The notes under the pieces are model-generated. The model was not told where the DNA came from. It ran no database searches and saw only the letters and a program-made list of their open reading frames with translations. Positions 24,454 to 29,879 of a stretch of 29,879 nt of DNA are shown piece after piece (the first letter of the stretch is position 1; every line of letters begins with the position of its first letter). Origin of the DNA: a virus (taxonomy: Duplodnaviria; Caudoviricetes); IMG/VR virus record IMGVR_UViG_3300017903_001839, positions 1 to 29,879 of that record. One strand, given 5' to 3'. Made by a program: the position numbers and the translations under genes.

Positions 24454-25983
24454 ATGTGTGGATTTGTAGTTACAACTAAAATAGATCAATGTAGAAAAAT
24501 GATGAATAAGGCAAGTTTTAGAGGGCCTGATGGTACATACTATTGGGCGGATGATAAAATAGCCATGGCACATGCTTTATTAGATATTAGTGCAGAGAGA
24601 ACTATTCAACCATACAAAACATCAAGAGGAAACAGACTTGTATTCAATGGAGAAATGTATGATAGTAATATTCCTAGTGATACAGAATTTTTAGCAGAAG
24701 GATTAGAAACTTATGGAATTAGGTTTCTTGAATTTACAGATTGGCATGGCTCTATAGTTTATTACGAGCCAAAGAATAAAAGATTAACTGTTGTTCGAGA
24801 TCATTTTGGTGCAAAACCTTTATGGATAAGGCGAGAAAAAGGACACATAGAACTAGCAACAAGTTTACGAAGTTTTCTAACTAAAGAGATAGACCAAAAC
24901 TATGCGAATAACTGGCATAATAGAAAATGGAAAGGCCCTGGGTGGATGTCAGTAGGGCGAGAAAGTATGTGGAAAGGCATACATAAAGTTGCACCTGGAG
25001 AGTTTTATACTTTTGAAGGAGATAATTTTGAGAATGTTGTAGTAGGAAATCTTTGGAACGGACATCACATAAGAAATAATAAGATGAATGAAAGTAAGTT
25101 CGAAGAAAGGTGCGTAAGTAGTGTAAAAAAATTAGCTAAAAGCAAACAAAAGACAGGACATTTTTTAAGCGGGGGATTAGATAGCACCTTAGTATTATCT
25201 ATTATAAAAGAATTAGATTTAGACCTTACTGTATATATTGCAGCATATGATAAAACTCCGGGATTTTTTCATACACACGAGGGTTTTCGTAATGAATCCG
25301 AAATGGCAGTAGAAACTTGTAAACAATTTGGAGTGCCTTATAAAGTATTAAAATTAGACCCCCACAGTAGATGGCACTATGATAGAATGTGGCTAAATAA
25401 TACACACTACATATGGACTGATAATAACAGACGAGCACCTAGATATATGTTAGCGAAAGCCGCAGCTAAAGATAAGTGTAAAGTAATTACAACAGGTGAT
25501 AGCGGGGATGAACTATTTAGTGGATATATTCATCATGCAAAAAGATACAATGTAGATTATTGCAAAGATTATATTGAGAATATGAAAAAAGCGAAATGGT
25601 TTCCTAGAATGAATTGGAGTAATACAGATTGGTTTAATAATACTTTATTTTGTGATTTACTTACAACATCTGAAACTAATATATTACAAGCAGATCAAAC
25701 TGCGGGTATGTTTGGAATGGAAGCAAGACCTGTTTTACTCGGACAAGATTTTGTTAGATGGTTACTATGGCAAAGTGGTAATTTTAAGTTTCAACAGTTG
25801 CCCGAATATAGAGAGGGAGAAACTAAGTATTTGGCAAGAGAAACAATGTCAAGATGGCAACCAGATCATGTAAGATTTCGAAAGAAGAAAGTAGGTTGGT
25901 CTAGTCCTTGGGATAATAACCATAAACAATTATTAAGACTCTGGTCGCTACAAGATGTAGAATATTTAAAGGGTATAACTTGA
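24454..25983 (+). CDS. Asparagine synthetase B-like amidotransferase
   Basis: MCG (Ntn Cys), RGPD, QP, FNGE.Y, SDTE, RD.FG.KPL, LSGGLDS, TGD.GDELF.GY, E.R, KY..R, R.K.G. Confidence 0.9.
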   Translation: MCGFVVTTKIDQCRKMMNKASFRGPDGTYYWADDKIAMAHALLDISAERTIQPYKTSRGNRLVFNGEMYDSNIPSDTEFLAEGLETYGIRFLEFTDWHGSIVYYEPKNKRLTVVRDHFGAKPLWIRREKGHIELATSLRSFLTKEIDQNYANNWHNRKWKGPGWMSVGRESMWKGIHKVAPGEFYTFEGDNFENVVVGNLWNGHHIRNNKMNESKFEERCVSSVKKLAKSKQKTGHFLSGGLDSTLVLSIIKELDLDLTVYIAAYDKTPGFFHTHEGFRNESEMAVETCKQFGVPYKVLKLDPHSRWHYDRMWLNNTHYIWTDNNRRAPRYMLAKAAAKDKCKVITTGDSGDELFSGYIHHAKRYNVDYCKDYIENMKKAKWFPRMNWSNTDWFNNTLFCDLLTTSETNILQADQTAGMFGMEARPVLLGQDFVRWLLWQSGNFKFQQLPEYREGETKYLARETMSRWQPDHVRFRKKKVGWSSPWDNNHKQLLRLWSLQDVEYLKGIT

Positions 25984-27260
25984 AAGCAGTACTAGCAAAT
26001 AGAATATATTTGTCCGTTGATAAAGAGAAAATGAATGAGTTAGAAAGAGAGCTAACTTATACAATTGCTCCTAGAATACCTAGTGATCCACCTATCGTAT
26101 TTAAAACATTTCGATATGTAAGAGAAGGTTTGTGTTCTATACCAATGGGAAGAGAGGACTTAATCCCGAATGATTACGAAATAATCGATAAGCGTATAAC
26201 ATCGCCAGTCGAACATGCTGATTTTAAGTTTGATTTACGACCAAGCCAGCAAGTTGTATATGATGAAATATATGACAGCAGTATAATAAACGCTTGGGTT
26301 AGTTGGGGAAAGACTTTTACAGGTTTAGCAATCGCAGCAAAACTAGGTCAAAAGACACTTGTTGTTACTCACACAACTACACTACGTAATCAGTGGGAAA
26401 AAGAAGTAAAAAAATGCTTTGGATATACAGCAGGGAGAATAGGTAGTGGAATGTTTAATCTTGATGCTCCTATCGTTATTGGGAATATTCAAACATTATA
26501 CAGACGAATGGACGATATAAAACATGAATTCGGAACATTGATTTTAGATGAAATGCACCATGTGAGTAGTCCTACTTTTACTCGAATAATAGATGAAATG
26601 CCTACAAGATATAAGATAGGTTTGACAGGAACTCTTGAAAGAAAGGATGGACGCCATGTTGTATTTCGAGACTATTTTGGCAGTAATGTTTTAAAACCGC
26701 CAAAAGAAAACTATCTTACTCCAAAAGTAGATATTCTAAAATCAGAAATTCGTTTTCTTGATGGAAGTTTTACTCCTTGGGCGGAAAGAATAAATCATCT
26801 TGCAATGGATCAAGAGTACGTTCATGGTGTTGCTGCAACTGCCGCTAAATATGCTGCAGAAGGACATAAAGTGCTTGTAGTATCAGATCGAGTAAAATTT
26901 TTAAAACAATGTGCGGCATTAGTAGGGGATAAAGCAGTTTCCATAACAGGAGATATGGATTTTGCAGAAAGAGAAAGAACAATAGAAAAAATACGAAATG
27001 AAAAAAGTATTTTGTTTGGTACACAAGCAATATTTTCAGAAGGTATTTCTATAAATGAGTTAAGTTGTTTGATACTGGGAACACCAGTAAATAACGAACC
27101 TTTACTTACTCAGCTAATAGGTAGAATTATTAGAAAAATAGATGGAAAACAACAACCTATAGTTGTTGATATTCATTTAAAAGGTAAAACAGCAGCTCGT
27201 CAAGCAAGTGCTAGAATGGGCTACTATATAAAACAAGGTTATGAGGTAAATATATTATGA
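25980..27260 (+). CDS. D10: SF2 helicase, T5 D10-like
   Basis: LRP.Q, WGKT, L..QW, DEMHH, GLTGTLER.DG, SEGIS, QLIGRI.R; TTG start overlapping upstream TGA. Confidence 0.9.
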   Translation: MKAVLANRIYLSVDKEKMNELERELTYTIAPRIPSDPPIVFKTFRYVREGLCSIPMGREDLIPNDYEIIDKRITSPVEHADFKFDLRPSQQVVYDEIYDSSIINAWVSWGKTFTGLAIAAKLGQKTLVVTHTTTLRNQWEKEVKKCFGYTAGRIGSGMFNLDAPIVIGNIQTLYRRMDDIKHEFGTLILDEMHHVSSPTFTRIIDEMPTRYKIGLTGTLERKDGRHVVFRDYFGSNVLKPPKENYLTPKVDILKSEIRFLDGSFTPWAERINHLAMDQEYVHGVAATAAKYAAEGHKVLVVSDRVKFLKQCAALVGDKAVSITGDMDFAERERTIEKIRNEKSILFGTQAIFSEGISINELSCLILGTPVNNEPLLTQLIGRIIRKIDGKQQPIVVDIHLKGKTAARQASARMGYYIKQGYEVNIL

Positions 27261-28282
27261 AAAAAGTTGAAAAACCAAAAGAACTTTCAGCAGATCAAAA
27301 AGCAGAAATTATAAAAAATCAACCGCAAAAACAAGTCACTCTTGACATTGAAAAAATGAGGGAGATGTCTATATTTTTAGCGACTCCAATGTATGGGGGA
27401 ATGTGTCATGGGCTTTACACAAAATCACTAATGGAAACTGTTATGACTATGAATCAAGCAGGTATAAGAATGCAATTGTACTATCTATTTAATGAAAGTC
27501 TGATTACAAGAGCAAGAAACTATGCTGTTTACAACTTCTTAAAATCAGGTTGTACGCATATGTTATTTATTGATAGTGATATTTCGTGGAAAGCAATGGA
27601 TTTAATGTATATGTTGCATTTAATTGCAACTAATAAAGAAAAGTATAGAATATTTGGAGCATTGTATCCGAAGAAAACAATAGCATGGGAGAAAGTACTA
27701 GCAGCATCTAAGTCAGGAGTATATGATAGCAATCCAAATGCACTAGAAAAAATTGCAGGGGATATGGTATTTAATGTTTACAATGAAGACTATCCCGATG
27801 GCAAAGCACCAGTATTTGAACCTGCGAAAGTTAAAGAAATAGGTACAGGTTTTATGTTTATTGAAAGACAAGTATTCGAACAATATGGAAAAGCTCATCC
27901 AGAATTATGGTATCAACCAGACCACTTAAGAGAAGGAGAGTTTATGCCAGGCGAGCAAATTTGTGCTTACTTCGATACAATTATACATCCAGAGAGTAAC
28001 AGGTATTTATCTGAAGATTATATGTTTTGCCAAAACGCACAAGCATTAGGTATAAATACATGGGCTTTACCTATGATAGAATTATTACATTGTGGTATGT
28101 ATGTATATCAAGGTAAATTAATTGATATGGCTACCATAGGACAACATGCAACAATTGATCCTGGGTTTGCTAAACAAATCGCTGAAGGTAAAATGGAAAA
28201 AAGTGCGGTTATTGACAAGCCTGTGAGGAAAGATCATCCGGGAAGAGCTGCAAACGAAAAGCCAGATAGCCTCAAAAAATAG
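27257..28282 (+). CDS. Glycosyltransferase-like protein (GT-A)
   Basis: ATPMYGG, ESLITRARN, THMLFIDSDI, YPKK, GTGFM.I.R.VF, YLSEDY.FC, L.H.G. Confidence 0.8.
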   Translation: MKKVEKPKELSADQKAEIIKNQPQKQVTLDIEKMREMSIFLATPMYGGMCHGLYTKSLMETVMTMNQAGIRMQLYYLFNESLITRARNYAVYNFLKSGCTHMLFIDSDISWKAMDLMYMLHLIATNKEKYRIFGALYPKKTIAWEKVLAASKSGVYDSNPNALEKIAGDMVFNVYNEDYPDGKAPVFEPAKVKEIGTGFMFIERQVFEQYGKAHPELWYQPDHLREGEFMPGEQICAYFDTIIHPESNRYLSEDYMFCQNAQALGINTWALPMIELLHCGMYVYQGKLIDMATIGQHATIDPGFAKQIAEGKMEKSAVIDKPVRKDHPGRAANEKPDSLKK

Positions 28283-28314
28283 TTCTTGACAACAATAGAA
28301 AAATTTGTTATAAT
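28274..28314 (+). promoter_or_regulatory. Sigma70-type promoter P7
   Basis: AAAAAATAGTTC-TTGACA(28286-28291)-17 nt-TATAAT(28309-28314), with TG extended -10. Confidence 0.88.
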
Positions 28315-28316
28315 AT

Positions 28317-28706
28317 ATGTTACTATATGACTGGAATAAGATTGTAAAAGTTAGTAATGGCAAAGTAGATGATATAATTCAAATACTTCGTATAATTACT
28401 TACAAGATTAGTCCAAAAAATTACTATGATAAAACATTTAAGTTTTATAAATACAAGTTCGGAGGCAAGTCATTTTTAGTGAATCCGAAAAAATTACTTG
28501 ACTACGGCAGAGGGTATAGTGATAAGGAAGTTGCAGAATATGCAGGTGTCGCTTCTTTTCGCAACTATCACTATTACCAAAATACTAAAGACACCACATT
28601 GGATTTTCTGGAATGTCCCATTTCAGAAAAAATTATTAATAATAACAGACTGCTTGAACTTAAAGATGGGCGGATTCACTTTATGTTCGAGGAGACAGGA
28701 GAATAA
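28317..28706 (+). CDS. Conserved T5-like hypothetical protein upstream of D11
   Basis: G.SFL.NP..L.......EY...AS.RNY..Y, I..N.LL; T5 synteny. Confidence 0.7.
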   Translation: MLLYDWNKIVKVSNGKVDDIIQILRIITYKISPKNYYDKTFKFYKYKFGGKSFLVNPKKLLDYGRGYSDKEVAEYAGVASFRNYHYYQNTKDTTLDFLECPISEKIINNNRLLELKDGRIHFMFEETGE

Positions 28707-28709
28707 AAA

Positions 28710-29342
28710 ATGGCAATTGGATTTAACCAAACTAAAGGATCAGCTCAAAAAGAGAAGATCGAAACCTATAACTATGCAGGTAAAGAAGACCATCATGTAA
28801 GACTTGTTGGCGATCTACTACCTAGATACGTATACTGGCTAAAAGGCGAAAACGGAAAGAATATTCCTATGGAGTGTCTAGCTTTTGATAGAAACTCAGA
28901 AACCTTTAATAACGTGGAGCCAGATCATGTAAGAGAATTTTTCCCAGACCTTAAATGCGGATGGTCTTATGCCGTTCAGTGCATTGACTACGCTGATAAA
29001 ACTGTAAAAGTTCTTAATCTAAAAAGAAAATTGTTCGACCAAGTAATAGTAGCTATGGAAGAGTTGGGCGACCCAACAGACCCAGTCACAGGATATGATA
29101 TCCATTTCAAAAGAAAGAAGACTGGCCCGCAAGTATTTAATGTCGAGTATCAATTACAAGTTCTAAAGTGCAAACCAAGAGAGCTTGAAGATTGGGAAAA
29201 AGACTTAGTTGCAAATATAAAATCAATGGATGATGTTCTTCCAAGACCAACAGCTGACGCACAGCTTGAATTACTAAGAAGAATTACTTCATCTGAAGGC
29301 GAGGTTTCAAAAGAAATCTCAGAGGAGTTTGACGTAGAGTAA
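28710..29342 (+). CDS. D11: T5 D11-like single-stranded DNA-binding protein
   Basis: RLVG..LPRY.YW......P.ECL.FDR..E.F, DPTD..TG.D....K.KTGP...NVEY; acidic C-tail; AGGAG SD. Confidence 0.82.
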   Translation: MAIGFNQTKGSAQKEKIETYNYAGKEDHHVRLVGDLLPRYVYWLKGENGKNIPMECLAFDRNSETFNNVEPDHVREFFPDLKCGWSYAVQCIDYADKTVKVLNLKRKLFDQVIVAMEELGDPTDPVTGYDIHFKRKKTGPQVFNVEYQLQVLKCKPRELEDWEKDLVANIKSMDDVLPRPTADAQLELLRRITSSEGEVSKEISEEFDVE

Positions 29343-29863
29343 TGATTGGAGTAGGTGAGAAGTTTCCTGCATTTACCGCGCAGGGAGTAAACGAAAACAA
29401 TGAGCTTGTCAGTGTTTCAGTTACTGATAACTACGAGCCGTTGAAACATGATTACACAGTAATATATTTTTATCCAAAAGATTTTACTTTTATTTGCCCT
29501 ACAGAGATAGCTGGTATGGATATGCTAACATCAGAGGCAAATGTAATTGGTCTTAGTGGAGATAATGAGTTTTGTAAATTAGCTTGGAAACAAGATAACG
29601 AACTTATTGGAAATATTAAACACCCACTTGCTTGTGACTCAATGTTGAGAATATCGTCTAAACTAGGAATAGTAAACGAGGACGAAGGTGTTTGCTACAG
29701 AGCAACATATATCATTGATAGAAACTGCACTATTCAGCATGTAAGTATTAATGCACTCGATACAGGCAGAAATGCTAATGAAGTTCTTAGAACTTTACAA
29801 GCAATCAAAGCAGGTGGACTAACAGGTTGTGAATGGCAACCAGGAGATAACTTCGTAGTATGA
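29342..29863 (+). CDS. ahpC: Peroxiredoxin (AhpC/Prx1 type)
   Basis: FYPKDFTFICPTE, RATYIID, GRN..EVLR.L.A, C-terminal GCEWQPG. Confidence 0.92.
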   Translation: MIGVGEKFPAFTAQGVNENNELVSVSVTDNYEPLKHDYTVIYFYPKDFTFICPTEIAGMDMLTSEANVIGLSGDNEFCKLAWKQDNELIGNIKHPLACDSMLRISSKLGIVNEDEGVCYRATYIIDRNCTIQHVSINALDTGRNANEVLRTLQAIKAGGLTGCEWQPGDNFVV

Positions 29864-29879
29864 TTTTATTTACAGCAGA
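29860..29879 (+). CDS. 5' end of probable D12 (SbcD/Mre11-like) nuclease, truncated
   Basis: ATGA overlap; MILFTA(D) is the start of the metallophosphoesterase DxH motif; expected after D11 in T5 order. Confidence 0.5.

Noticed and set aside
23597-25983. Lasso-peptide (RiPP) cluster built around the AsnB-like gene
   Set aside because: The enzyme retains an N-terminal Cys glutaminase domain; no transglutaminase-like B protein, RRE or precursor with a lasso leader motif is seen
27338-27372. CTTGACA inside the glycosyltransferase gene as an eighth promoter
   Set aside because: No TATAAT-like hexamer at 16-18 nt and no upstream AAAATAG element
113-28314. Repeated AAAATAGTTCTTGAC as CRISPR repeat, att site or IS end
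   Set aside because: Copies are kilobases apart, each followed by a 17-nt spacer and TATAAT; no cas, integrase or transposase genes
2406-28363. All minus-strand ORFs in the track (e.g. 4279..4617, 9260..9529, 11327..11686, 13770..14150)
   Set aside because: They lie antisense to well-supported plus-strand genes, have no recognisable motifs or SD, and all promoters and terminators point to the plus strand
2325-28800. Alternate-frame plus-strand ORFs 2325..2519, 21266..21451, 25652..25873, 28498..28800
   Set aside because: Nested in stronger genes with no motif or RBS support; likely shadow ORFs
1-29879. Genome-wide TAG stop-codon reassignment
   Set aside because: Core genes are intact under the standard code and TAG terminates many genes at sensible positions (120, 750, 1253, 5718, 10263, 11702, 28282); only the spanin TAG looks premature

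Overview
This window is a 29.9-kb, AT-rich, entirely plus-strand, gene-dense segment of a lytic T5-like (Demerecviridae-related) phage of a Gram-negative host, probably aquatic (inferred from its accessory gene types). It holds hsp20, a lysis cassette (GH24 lysozyme, candidate holin, overlapping i-/o-spanins) and the T5-syntenic replication backbone. That backbone runs D2, D3, PC4-like, split NAD-dependent ligase A/B, D5, DnaB-like helicase, primase, family A polymerase, D10 helicase, D11 and the first codons of D12. It is repeatedly interrupted by accessory islands of tailoring enzymes: 2OG-Fe(II)/JmjC oxygenases, three glycosyltransferases, three SAM methyltransferases, AsnB-like, QueC-like, GNAT, sulfotransferase-like and ParB-like proteins, plus peptide deformylase and peroxiredoxin. 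Seven near-consensus sigma70 promoters share an extended AAAATAGTTC-TTGAC motif, mostly sit at island/core junctions, and several appear to make leaderless mRNAs. Other points of note are an in-frame TAG in the o-spanin, a miniature Bfd-like Cys motif fused to a nuclease-like gene between the ligase halves, a structured hsp20 leader, and many accessory enzymes with altered catalytic motifs. No tRNA, rRNA, CRISPR array or integrase was recognised. All family calls come from motif recognition and synteny, not from database searches.
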